NCBI GenBank assembly: GCA_047495785.1
Contig: JBLDXI010000009.1
Location: forward strand, 3,534,001 to 3,598,000
DNA: 64,000 bases
Source of the DNA: Lepidodermella squamata
Taxonomy: Eukaryota; Animalia; Gastrotricha
Direction: 5' to 3'
The translations under genes and the position numbers were made by a program. Below the pieces are notes generated by a model. It saw only the letters and a list, made by a program, of their open reading frames with translations. It was not told where the DNA came from and ran no database searches. Within the stretch, counting starts at the first letter, position 1; the number at the start of each line of letters is the position of its first letter. This document shows positions 37,315-49,653 of this stretch, piece by piece.

Positions 37315-40137
37315 TCATATCGAATCTGCAATGCAAATCACATGGTCAAAGCCGCAAGCCAGCAGGCGAACTCGACCAGCTAACGAAACCTGGAACGAAA
37401 ACAGATAAATACAAAACAAGCAGTGGTTCATTGCAAAATTCTGCCAGCCATAATAGTTAACAGTACAATAAGGCCTAGTGAAGTATTAGACTTGAAAGCT
37501 CGTCCACATTCGCCGTTTTTGTTATCCAAATTCCCGATTAAATTCATTTGCCAAGCGATATGAGCTAACGAAGCCCCGCTTCCAAGCAAAATTAAGCTGG
37601 GCGGGAGATTGGCCAGGTAGAGCGATAGCGCACTCGCCCCGACGAAGGAACCTCCGAAGTAAGTCAAATACTTCCGAGCCAGCTTTCCGCGGCCCCAAAG
37701 TTGGGCTGTCGATTTCACGCCAATTTTTTTATCGTCATTGTAGTCTTGATAGGCGTAGATAGAGTCGTAAAATAAAGTCCAACATATACCGGCTGTGTAC
37801 AATGAGGCAACAGATGCGAACATGACGGGGTTTTCGGTAACAGGTTGCGATGAAGTAGCAACATAGCCAACCATAACTCCCCAGTTGTAAACTATTCCGA
37901 GTACCAATTGTGGCCAATTTGTGAATCTTTTCATTGCAGGATAGGCCAAAACGATTGGAACTGAACAGAATGATAACACTTGAGCTTCGAAATTAAGCTA
38001 AAAAAAAACAATAAATAAATATGTTTCTAAATTTTATGAGATAAAACCTACTGGCAACAGAACGATCGTGGCAGCAGAGAGGGACAAGGCTCCTGCAAAA
38101 GTCAATCCAGCCAATGGATGAACCACCCCCGAAGCAATGGGGCGAGATTTAGTCCGTTCGACTTTGGTATCAAAATCTCGATCCCACATATCATCTACAT
38201 CGTGAAACAAGTGTAAACATGAATTCGTATGAAATTCAGCTTCAACTTACTCACAATACAACCAGCAGATCTCATCAAAGTTGCACCGATCAGAAATAAA
38301 CCCATTAAAGTGACATTAGGAAACGATCCAGGGCTGGCAGCCAAAGCAGTTCCCCAACAAGTCGGTAACAATAGAAGATAAATTCCAACGGGTTTGTCGA
38401 TTCGAATAAGTTCGAGGTAAGGTCGAACTCTAGGCGGACTTCTCGCAATCAACTTCGCAAAAATTGACTGGGACAGATTTGAAGGAGGTGTGGAAAGGTG
38501 ACGTCTGAGATCGCGATGGAGTGATCTTTGATTGATCTATACGATTTCAACGAATAGGAGAGCTTTCAAGTCTTGGACTTCAAAAGGGACTTCCTAATTT
38601 TCGTGAAATGTCGAAGGAAATACGTTAAATCGCATAAATACCTTGAGAGGGAAATATTGATCTTGCTCTTTCAATCCCAGCCCGCAAGTTCCAAGTTTGT
38701 TTCGGCCCCAAGAGTAAAGCTGAAAGAATTGCAGTATTACACAAAATAGTAAGATTAATCGCCATTACCTCTCCAGAATCGGTTGTGATAAAGAAGAATC
38801 CGATACCAGAAGTGACATTTTTCGGTTTCACATTAGGATTCAGCTCGTTCTTTCCAAATAAAGTAGCAGGTATCTCCCCAGGTGCACTGTCTTGCATAAC
38901 CCCCGGACCTCGACCTAGTGCACCATAGCCCCAAGATAGACTATTCAAGATAATTAGATATTAGCGTCTCGAAATAATAAAACGGATAACTAACACATTT
39001 CCGGAATCGGTTATTGCAACGCAAGAAGTGGAAGTTGCTGCCGCCGAACTTATTTTACCAGCTTTGTTTACTTCGAGCTCCTTTGGATGGAAAAGCTGAG
39101 CTTCAGATTCGGAAATCGGTCTCAACTGGCTGTATTCGTTATTCCCCCAACCGTAAAGAACTCCATCCTCAGATACTGCTAGTACAGTATCGGAGCGACA
39201 GGAAACATCGCGAATCCGCACTCCGGATAATGATTTCACTTCACTAGGAATGGGGTCGAAACCTCTCGCACAATCCCGTCCCAATTGACCGTCCGTGGAA
39301 ATTCCAAATGTAAATAATCGACCCGTTTCTGTCAGCAAAATGCTGTGATCTTGTCCGGCGTATACCCTTTTCACCGGTTCGCCAACTTCAATCTGATGAA
39401 CAACCTTACTAGCTCTAAAATAAATCTTTCAAATAAATATGAAATTATGCTATTTTTTCTGCTTACGAGTATCGTTCATTTTCGATGACAGGTCGGCCAC
39501 ATTGCCCATACGAATTATTGCCAAAGGCTAAAACCTTCTGGTCGCTGGTAAGAATCAACGAATGAGCTCGTCCTGCTGCAATGTCGACAATGGATGTTTT
39601 TGAATCGATGTATTGACTCAGGTCAATCTCGACAGGCTGACAAATGTAGTCAGCAACTTTGCCCCTGGAAAGCTCGTGATAGCCGAGCTGAGAATCCGTG
39701 TTTATGCCAGTTCCGATCAATTTCGTCCCAGGTCGTGAAGTAGCAAATAATGAAAATCCACAACCACCCGCAACGGCCGATACCTAGATTTTCCACGTAT
39801 ACATTCTAAGAGTTGAGAATTGAAGCTTTGGAAGTTATGACACTTACCTTTAAGCGATTCTTGTTAAAATACATGTGATTGTACGGGTGGTTCAGGTGGA
39901 ATTTCTCCGCACCAGTTTGCATCAACTCAGTAACCCCTGTGTCAAGCGTCAAACTAAATGATAATTGTAAATTGAAGGTTGCATACCCAAAGCTCCGGTG
40001 CCAGCATAGCCCCAGCAGTAAACGCGTTGAGTGCCAGCTTTGGTCTTGCGGCTAACGACCTCGGCGTATCCCGTTCTTGTTTTCATAGAAAGATGGCGAG
40101 AAGCGAGCCAAAAACTCGCCTGGTTCGGAAATTTCAT
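37315..40137 (-). CDS. RCC1L: RCC1-like mitochondrial protein RCC1L/WBSCR16; last exon 37389-37315 follows a 1252-nt intron containing COQ2
   Basis: RCC1 repeats (VYCWGYAGTGALG, GINTDSQLG, AAGRAHS, FGNNSYGQCG, WGNNEYSQL); penultimate exon LYSWGRNKLGTCGLGLKEQDQYFPLK (38719-38642); final exon VSLAGRVRLLACGFDHVICIADSI*. Confidence 0.9.
37428..38536 (-). CDS. COQ2: 4-hydroxybenzoate polyprenyltransferase COQ2 (exons 38536-38251, 38194-38052, 37997-37428; start unresolved, candidate ATG at 38635)
   Basis: UbiA motifs [76 protein letters not shown]. Confidence 0.95.
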
Positions 40138-40530
40138 TATAGCGCTATCTAGAAACGTAAGTATCGCAAATGAGTGGATATGTGCATTCGTAAATCAACG
40201 AATCATCAAAAGCGCACCAGCGTGCAGCGTGATAAAAGCTGAGTTTCGCATAAGAGGAATTCCAACAAAATCATAAAGCAAGGTAACGAAAACAAACAAG
40301 TTTACTGCTGCATTAGCACAACTGCTCAGAGCGAATCCAAGGATACTCGAACTCAATCGAAAGGGATCCAGGATCCAGCTAGGTACTATTTGGAAGTCGG
40401 ACTTTACACCCAGAAGTCAGGACTTCTTCCAAATGGTAGAGGACAGGCTCTACTCCATCGGCGAGCTTCTTGGTTGATGGTTGGCGATTTTTTGCAGATA
40501 GTGTAACGCGCTACACGAGTGCTCGAAAAG

Positions 40531-40613
40531 TGTCGTACCCGGGGATTGAACCCGGGCTGCCTTACTGAGAAGGCACGGTTCTAACCTCTAACCTTTGAGC
40601 CACCATGACCGAC
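40531..40613 (-). repeat. tRNA-derived element (SINE head or tRNA pseudogene)
   Basis: A box GTGGCTCAAAGG and B box GGTTCAATCCC in a CCCGG/CCGGG T-stem; GCCTT/AAGGC stem with a 6-nt loop, duplicated GGTTAGA and an imperfect acceptor stem, so not a canonical tRNA. Confidence 0.6.
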
Positions 40614-41727
40614 ACACGCTCCGTGTTCGCTTACGCGGTTGTAAGGGGACCAGGAGGGGAGATGGGAGGTGGACTCGCTCCCTATAGATAGGCTTCACAA
40701 TTGAGATGCACGCCAGGAAAACAGCCCATATTTATATAATTAACGTTTGAAAGCGAAAGAAAGCATCGACGCTTGCTTGTTATTGGGCAACTCCTTTTTT
40801 ATTTGACGGCATTAGAATGTAAGCCCTTTTCTTGGATAGTCTACTATGTTTTAATCCCACCAAAAATGCAAGTGAAAATGAAGTAACAATATATTCAGTT
40901 TATCCAAACTCGAGTTTATCAGTTCAGCAGTAACTATTCCCAAGTGTAGCTTAAGCAATAAACAATCATATTTTTAGAGCTAAAATCGGAGGAAAAAGTT
41001 GAATAAGATGAGTCAGCTTGAGAAATTGTTGTGTTATGATTTCAGATTCAAAACTTGTCCCTGGTCAACTTATTCGCCTGGCAGGAAGCACTTACATCTC
41101 CGTCGGAATTTCTTGATTTGCTTACATGATGTCATTAACGCATTACGTTGGGTAGAACGCGTTACTTATGCTTCAGTGTAACGCTGAGCGTAACATTGGA
41201 GGCGAAACAAGCTGGCGGCACCAGGATGGTTCTCCGCGAGAAGAGACATAAGCGCGCCAAAAATTTAAATTTTAAAATACAAAAGCTTGCAATCGATTAT
41301 AGTAAACTATATTGGACAGGTCTATCTCTTTTATTGAAATAAACAGAGAGGTCATTCGAATTTTTTTAGCTCAATAAACAGCACGCCGCGCGGTGCTGTC
41401 GCTTTTGAGCATCGACGCAAGCAAAAAATGCCGCTTGGATGCTACCGCATACCGTTTTGCCGCTGGACGAAAAATTTCAACTTGGCTGTTTAGGACATCT
41501 CATGCGGTAAATTCCTGTCGGCCTCGGCCTTCTTGGCACCATTCCCTGGTGTTGAACTTTCATGTTTCCTTTTTCACTTCTCCTGAATCCGGGCCGTTGG
41601 CCGTTCTTGTATAGCATTACAGCATATTTACTGCATATTTTTTTAATGCTTGCCTATTGATTGTATAGTATTACGGAAATGAGCTTCACCTAACGAACTT
41701 TAAAAGTATATTGCTCGTTTATGAAAG

Positions 41728-42978
41728 ATGCAAAGGTTCCGGCTCCGTAATTATCCTTACTTCTTGTTCGGCTTCATTTTCGGATTCATTTTCATCTCCA
41801 CCATTTACGTAGTCAGTTCATTCTTTCAACCGATTCAATGTGAATTCTTAAGTACAGAAGGGAAAACTTTGATACTTTGGGCGACGCCATTCTTTGGAGA
41901 TTCATTGGTGAAACATGTAAACGAGGCTGAGATGTTCCAATGTTCAGATCTAAATTGCATTCATGTTCAACACTACGCTCGTGAAGCCTGTTTCCACCAG
42001 GCTGATGCGATCGCATTTCACATTATTGCTTCAGATATCTTTCAAGTATTGCCTTTTTTCGTCAGAAAGCGGCGCAACTTGAAACAGGTCTGGATATTCC
42101 TGTCTTGGGAAAGTCCTGACACTCTTCGCTATTTTCTGCCTTACCCGGATCGATTCTACGATTGGGCTAACGGTAAATTCAATGCTACTCTCTCATATCG
42201 CCACGACTCTGATATTCCCGTACCATATGACAAACATATGGGGGTTGAATTCAACCCAACGGGTGAGAAGATTCCTTTTAACCACTCCAACTTTCTCGGG
42301 AAAAAGCGGCACGTGGCTGCGATAATTAGTAATTGCGGTGATAGTTACGGTAGAGTAGAACTCCTTCAAAACTTGAGCAGTTATGGTCTTTCTGTGGATA
42401 TCTATGGATTATGCGGTCGTAAGGCCTGTTCGAAAAATTCTATGTACGAATGCTATCAAATGGTCGAGAGAGATTACTTTTTCTATGCAGCGTTGGAGAA
42501 TAGCATGTGTTTTGATTATGTTACAGAGAAGTTTTTCAGCTCACTCAGCTTCAATTTTATTACCATTGTGAATGGATTTACTAATTATTTGGCGATTGCA
42601 CCGCCGAATTCAGTTATCAATATACACGATTATTCATCTCCGGCTATTCTAGCGAAAACTTTGCTTGAGCTTGCATCCAGTGAAGCTTTGTATGCTAAGC
42701 ACTTCGAATGGAGAGGTTTGTACAATATTAGAAGGCAGAAGTACGATTACGGCTGTGGAATGTGTTCCTACGTTAAGTGGGTAAAAAGCAAGGACCTCGT
42801 AAAGGTATCAAGTTAGAATCACTCAAAGCATGTTTAATAATTGGTATATTAGGCGCATACAGATTTAGAAGCGTGGTGGGATGGCGGACATGCCTGCAAA
42901 TATAATGCTTTCGGCGATCCAAGTATACGTTTTCATCCTGGGAATCCTTTTCCGCTTTACGGTACACCCGATTTTTGA
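41728..42978 (+). CDS. alpha-1,3-fucosyltransferase, GT10 (exons 41728-42811, 42863-42978)
   Basis: Type II TM anchor, WIFLSWESP, FNATLSYRHDSDI, GT10 motif YFFYAALENSMCFDYVTEKF; predicted last exon LEAWWDGGHAC. Confidence 0.92.
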
Positions 42979-43359
42979 AGTTGCAATCTCATTCAATCGT
43001 CTTGCTATCTTTCAGATTTTCCTCATGCTCTAAGATACATCTACAGAGTGCTCGGTATAGAATAATTGTTATACCGACGGTTTCATTGAATGCATGTGTA
43101 GTGGCCGAATGCTAATATAAATATAAATATTTCACTGAAAATACTCAATTTATTTTGATTTGTGATTCATCTAGGGCAGATTTTATATTCGTGAATCAGA
43201 TTTTAATTGCTCGATTTTCTTGAACAGTCGTTTCCAACTGTTTGAAATCGTTTACAAGAGCTGGATCTATATACTAAGCTCGCGTTTCACTTCCTTCACT
43301 CCGACGACTAGCTCGAGAGCTTTGTTAACAAGACCGATTAAAGTCTTAAAGCCACCGGA

Positions 43360-46300
43360 ATGCACCAGGATGTACCAGGCTCTGGCGAGGCAGGTGCTGA
43401 GTCAGTAAATGCGCAATCGAAATCGAAGAAGAAGCCCGAAAGGAAAACTTTGGCCGCATCTGAGTTTTTCAACTTGAAAACTGTTGGATCATGGGCTGAT
43501 GAAGCTGATGAAGTTTCTTGTAAGCTAACACGTTATGATTAATGAAATATTCAATTATTTTTTATTCTTTTAGCCCCGGCCCCGGATATTAATGCGTTAC
43601 GTGAACGTTTGCCTACCGCCCCGAAAGCTTGCCGTGAAGAGGAATTGGAAGCTCGCGCCCCCCACAAGCCGCCATTCCAATGCCGTATGTACAACGCTCC
43701 GTTCGATGTAACCGAGGACCAAGTTCGCAACTTTTTGAGCGGATGCACCATTATCCGCGTGACTAATGAGCAGCGCGGTGGCGTTGTTGTTGACTTTGAA
43801 GACCGCAAATCGTTGCTGCTATCGTTCAAACAATCGGGCCGACAGCTCGTCACCCGAACTGTTCGCATTGACCTTAATGAACAGCGCCAACAGAAGAATT
43901 TCTTCGACAATATGGGCGGTGGCCAAGGCGGACGTCGCTCGTATGATAACCAGGGCGGAAACCGGGGTGGCTACCGCGATTTCCAGGGTGGCCAGGGTGG
44001 CGGTTCATTCCGTGGTCGCCAGAGTGGTGGTTATTATAACAACAGAGGTGGTGATGGCCATCAACAGGGAGGTGGTCAGGGTGGCGGAAATTTCTACCAG
44101 CCTGCTGGATATCACAATAACCAGGGCGGAGAGAGTAATACTTATCAAAACTTCAATTCCGGTTACAACCGCCAGCGATCGGCTCCTCCTCCCCTGCAGC
44201 TACCATCGAAGGCGAGTCAGGAAGCGTCACTGCCTGGTATCGTTCGTGCTCCGTCTGACGCGGCCGCCACCGCTGGTTCGGCCGAGGCTCATGCCAAGCC
44301 TGTGAACCAGGAGGCGCTGAAGAATCTGCTGAAATCAGTCGGTAGTGAGGAAGTCCGCGATGCCAAGCACAACCCGTTCGGCGCGGCACGTCCCGTGGAC
44401 ACCCTCGCCAAGGAAATGGAGATTGAGAAGCGGCTCGAGGCTGAACGCCAGTTGCGTGCCAAGCAGTCTACGGACGGCCAAGCCACTTCGCCTGCTGCCG
44501 CAGGTGCAGGTGAGAGGCCGCGTCACACGTCGACCGGCAGCGCAGGCCAGCAGGGTTACCAAGCCCAACCGCAGTACTACGGCCAACAGCAGCAGTACGG
44601 CGAGCAGCAGCCGCAGCAGCAAGCCTGGGGTCAACACGGTCAGCAATATCAGCAGTACGAGGGTCAGCAAGGTGGCGGTTATGGAAATGAATACCAACAG
44701 GCTTCGGTAAGCCCTTGATCTTGATTATTTAGGAATTGGCTAGTCACAATAGGGTTAATTTTTAAAAGTTAAAATTGAGATTTGAATATTTTGAGTTTGT
44801 AAAATTAAATAAAAATTTTCTATAATAGAGAATTCCCTCTCAGCTATTAATTTTGGGCACATGCGTCAAAAATTATGTACATCAGCATTACGGAATCAAA
44901 GTCACGAGATTCTGTTGACTGATTTAGCGGAGAGTTGCATTTAAAACTTATTTTTCATTTTCTGGAGCAAAATTATGAGGAATGCCCAAACTGAAAGAAC
45001 AAAACTACTATCCAACAGTATACCTCGAAACGCGAAGGATCTTCTGTTCATGAGAAAACAACATTTGATTGGAGCATTATGATAGCAAAAATTACGTTTT
45101 TACGTTTTGAGAAAGGTCGAATTGTATTTGACGCAGCTAGTAATTTTTTTGATCATCGAAAAATTTGGGTGGTTCTTGCCCTAGAATCAACTGAATTTTA
45201 ATCTTTGAGGAATTCCATTGAAGTTTCTTCTAACTTGATGTATTTTTGTTTAGGCTGGCGCTTGGGGTCGTCAATCCCAAGGTGGTCAATTTGAGCAGGG
45301 CGCTGCGCTGAACAAGACTCCGTCCTTCGATCGAACTGGTATGGAGAAGATCGGCCGTGCCTCTGGCGCGCCTCCCGGCAGCAACGGCTTCCAGCCACAG
45401 CAGCAACAAGCCGCACCTATCCGCCATCCAGGCGGTTCTGCCTCGGAATACCAGTCCGAACGCATTTCCGATCACCAAGTCTCCGCACCAGCTGCACCCC
45501 AGCCAACCCTGGTACCTGCTCCCCCACCGTCCACTAATCCGTGGGGAAGAGGGCAGCAACAGCAAAAGCCTGCTGCGGCGACAGTCTCCGCGAAAACAAA
45601 GCAGGTGACCACGACCGAAAACCAGGAAGAGCAGTACTACCAGCAACCGTCCTACCACGACTACGGAGACCAGTACAACAGCGAGAGTGCCAAGTTCCCG
45701 TACCGCGAGGACGAGGAGGAGCGCCCGGCGCAACGGCAACCTCGCCAGCAGCAACAGCGCCCCCAGAACGACCACCACCAGTCGCCTCGCCACTCGCAGG
45801 AGCAGCGACAGGCGCAGCACCAGCAGCAACAAGCCCCTGCCCCAGCCCCGCCGAAAATGGCGTGGGGTGGTGCCGGCATGACTAACTTCAACCAGGCGCA
45901 GCAGCAACAGCAACAGGCGGCCCCTGCCCCGCAGCAATCTGCCTGGGCGCGTCCTCTTGGCCAGTCGCAACAGCAGCCACAACAGCATCAAGCCTCGCCC
46001 CAGCAGCAGGATCAATATCAACAGCGTACGCCGCAACAGCAACAGGACCGTCGCAGCTACCCGCAGCAGCAGCAGCGCGGTGGCTCAGGCAACCGGTCTC
46101 AAGGCCGTGGTGGATATTACCAGGTAAAATCAAGATTTTGATTCAAGTCGGAACATAATTTTCCAACTATTCGAAATGATTCCGCTATCTTTTAATGGGT
46201 TTATTGATTGAAATAAGATTCCGATAAATGTTCGGTTATTTTCTGAATTAAGCTTCTTTGGGAACCAGAATTCTTTTTATGATCCCAATGATACCAACAT

Positions 46301-47875
46301 TTGAAGCTTAGCTCCTCGAAAGTGTATACAGAGTTATCATAATAGCGATTCATTTCTGCTATTTTGCTGTAAACTTCTCAAATAAGTGATGAAATGTATC
46401 GGCAGAATTTGAATTAGTGAATTGAGCTTCGAATAGAGCAGACGAGGTGCAATTCCGAGGGAATTAAGTGCGCTTGAAATACTGAAAATAACGTATTTTA
46501 CAACATTTTTTTCAAATATTCAACTCTTTTTTTTTTTTAGGGCGGCGAGCAAGGTCAGGAAGAATATGAAGGTGGCGAGTTCGGCTACCGTGGTCGGGGT
46601 CGTGGCGGTTTCCGAGGAGGCCGCGGCGGTCGGGGTGGTCGCGGTGGCTACCGTGGCGACCAGGAGCAACAACCGGTCAGCGGTGGCGATGACTACCAGC
46701 AGCGCCGGCGCCAGCCCAACAGCGGTGGACGCGACGGCCAGCAACAGCAGCCACGGTACCGCAGCAACCGAAACAGCGCGACCGAGGGCGGCGATGAATT
46801 CCAAGCCCCGCCACACCAGCCTGAAGAGCGAAAACGCATCACTTCAACGTCTTCTTCGCAACCGCGCGAGCGGGGTGACAGCCACTCGGGCGCCAATGAG
46901 GAGGGCGAGGATGGATGGAACGTTGCGACTTCGAAGGCGAAAGCTACCCGAGGCACCTCGGCGAGTCGTGGCGGTTATGGCGGTGGCGCCCCACGGGGCG
47001 GTCAGAAGCCCCGGTCGTCTTACGGCCGAGAGCAGGCTGGCGGTTACCCGGCTGACCAGAATAAAGCGCCCCGAGATGGTGGTCGCACTTTCTACAACGC
47101 GGCTCAGCAGCGCTCTGGTGGCGAGCCACGACGTGGCGGTCCGGGCGGTGCCCCGCGTGGCCGTGGAGGTGCTGCTGGTGGCAATTTTGCTCAACAGGGT
47201 GGTGAGCGTCGCAGCGGCGATGGCCGAAGCGCAGACCGAGGCCCTCGACGCGATGCGCCCGCTCGCACTCAAGCCCCTGCTCCGGCTCAACCTGCAACCG
47301 CTCGCAGTGGCAAGGACGCTGGTTTCGAGCCAGTGAAAAACAAGAAGGGAGCAAGGCCCGTGTCTGCCAAGGTAAATTTTTTTAAAGTTTTTTGGTCTAA
47401 ATTCTTTTAATTTCAAACTAAATTTGCTTATTAATATGGATTTTTCTCAAATTTCAATTGCTTTTAATACTATTTTGCTATTATAAAGGAGGCTGGAGTA
47501 GCTGATGAAACTGAGGACCGGTTTTTGGACAAAAATAAGTTCTTGTTGCTCGAGGAGCAGCAGCAGAGCGCGCGCAAAGCGGCTGGAAAAACCGCGAAGG
47601 GCACCGCTGCCAAGGACCACTTCGAAAATGAGGAGGTAGGTGACGAGGAAGAGTTCGAATACGAGGAAGTTGAGGAGGAGGTGGAAGAGGAAGTCGAAGA
47701 GGAAGAAGAAGTCAATGATGATGAGGTTGTTGCTGATGCTGGCGCGGCGAAATCGCCATCTGATATTGACTATTTCGGTATGATTTGGTATTTTAAGGAG
47801 GACGTTTTCAATCAGCTATTTTTAGATGCTGCTGCGGAAGGTAACCAAGGCAAATCTACAGCCGAAGTTTGTTGA
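43360..47875 (+). CDS. EIF4B: eIF4B-like translation factor, ~1110 aa (exons 43360-43519, 43574-44706, 45254-46123, 46541-47371, 47489-47777, 47826-47875)
   Basis: KKK..KTL..SEF..SWADE, LPTAPKA, single RRM, NPFGAARPVDTLAKEMEIEKRL; long Q/G and RGG tracts; all junctions phase-consistent. Confidence 0.82.
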
Positions 47876-49653
47876 AGCGCCGGAGTTGCTCGAAGTGCGG
47901 AGGCAGTTCCAAGCTACGCTTTCTCACGGAATAGTATAATAAATGATAAACAACAACAACATTACGCATCAAATTATAATAAAATAATAATAACTGTAAC
48001 GCTAAATAAAAGTTACTAGTAATATCGCAATATGTTATAGAGGTTGTTGCACTTCTCTCGTTTTTGGACGTTTCAGCGAATTCTGATGATTTGCGTCACT
48101 TATCGTTGGAAAATAAGAACTCTATAGTGGCCTCTTCTCTCTTCCTTCTGCTCTTCTCTTTTTCGTCTCTGTGGTCGGAAATATTTTGTTTTGTTGCGTG
48201 GGTCGCGTCGCTCAAAGTGCATTTAAAGAAAATCATCTATGTGTAACGGTAGCATCTAGTTTCTCTCTTCTTCATTTTTCTGGAGACTGCACAATTCAGT
48301 CGAAAACAAGCAAGCATCTGGCTATATAATATGCAAATTTCGTTCGTTTTTGTGTTTAGTTTTTGTAAATACTGCCCGTTGATTGATGAGGCTGAAACAA
48401 TAATATCCTTTATCAACATCATGGCCCCTAGGGTTCGACTTGATAACAGAATGATTGGTTGTTCTTCCAATCCGTTTTATTTGTTTCTAAAAAATCAGCT
48501 AAATTCCAAAGTAAATAAAAAGAAGCGATCGCCGTTGCTGCACTTGCAGGAAGCATGCTTTAGCGAGAGTGATCCAGCAAAACGAATGATTCATTGATTG
48601 AGAAAAAAGATGACAAATGTAAATAAAATCTATAGTTGTTGATTGTTAGCAGACGTTTTTGCGTTTTTGCTGTGTGATGATTCTAAAAGTTAATGAAATC
48701 TATATAAATCATTAATGAATGAGAATATATATATATATATTATAAAGATATATTCAACAGATAAAGAACTATACGGTGTGAGTGATCAGTGTAGCGCCGT
48801 CTTGAAATACCTATCATTTCTCTCTCTCTTGATCGTGTGTCGTTCGTGTTTCGCAGCATATGTGATTTTCTAATGATATAATAAAATAAATAAAGCTGGA
48901 TTTATTGCACAAAACTTAACTACATATAATAATCATTTACCGCACAATTCCGAGCCGAGATCCAGGATGCTAAAAAAAAAGATTTTCGGCACGATTTGAA
49001 CGAGGTTTAGTTGTTACTGTCTTATCTGCCATTTGCCAATTCACATCGGGCTTCTTCTTTTTTTAATGTGAAACTGAGTGTATCCGTGTATTGTAACTAC
49101 TTATGATATCTTGATTTCTCTTGCTCTCTTCCGAAAGGTTGCGCCTTTTCGGCAGCCTCAACTCATGAAAAAATTGGTCGGTCTCTTTCGTCGACGACGA
49201 TCCAGTCACTACTGAACTACCTTTTACTTAGGGGAAATAATGTTAAATTTTGATTTGGAACTTTGATTCGAACTGACACCTATCATCAAGTTGTACCAAC
49301 TTCTATATTTGTATTTCGGTGTATGTTTGTAAAAAAGAGCGTCTATATATAAATATATAAATAAAAACATTCTTCTGAATTTAAAATCGAACTGTCCATA
49401 ATTAAAATTATATGCAGTTGTATTATAAAATGGATTGAAAGAATTATATTGAGAGAAATGTCTGAGCATACATTCTCAATTCCTCTCTTCACTCTTCTTA
49501 AATGTGTGTGCGTAGCCATCTGTATAAAAAATAATAATATTATTATCTGTCACAGCGTAGAAACTATTCAGTAAAAAATTAAAATTCAACGGCCGTGGCT
49601 AAAATTTGGCGTTTTTTCTAAATTTTTAGAACTATTTATTTTCTACTGAAGCG

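Noticed and set aside
46384-46485. GTGATGA...CTGA pair in an eIF4B intron (possible C/D snoRNA)
   Set aside because: No terminal stem and no rRNA complement I can recognise; needs snoscan.
45230-47416. Long antisense and alternative-frame ORFs over eIF4B (likewise 51818-52759 over CUL1 and 11596-12231 over KANSL1)
   Set aside because: Shadow ORFs of GC-rich or low-complexity coding exons; no independent motifs.
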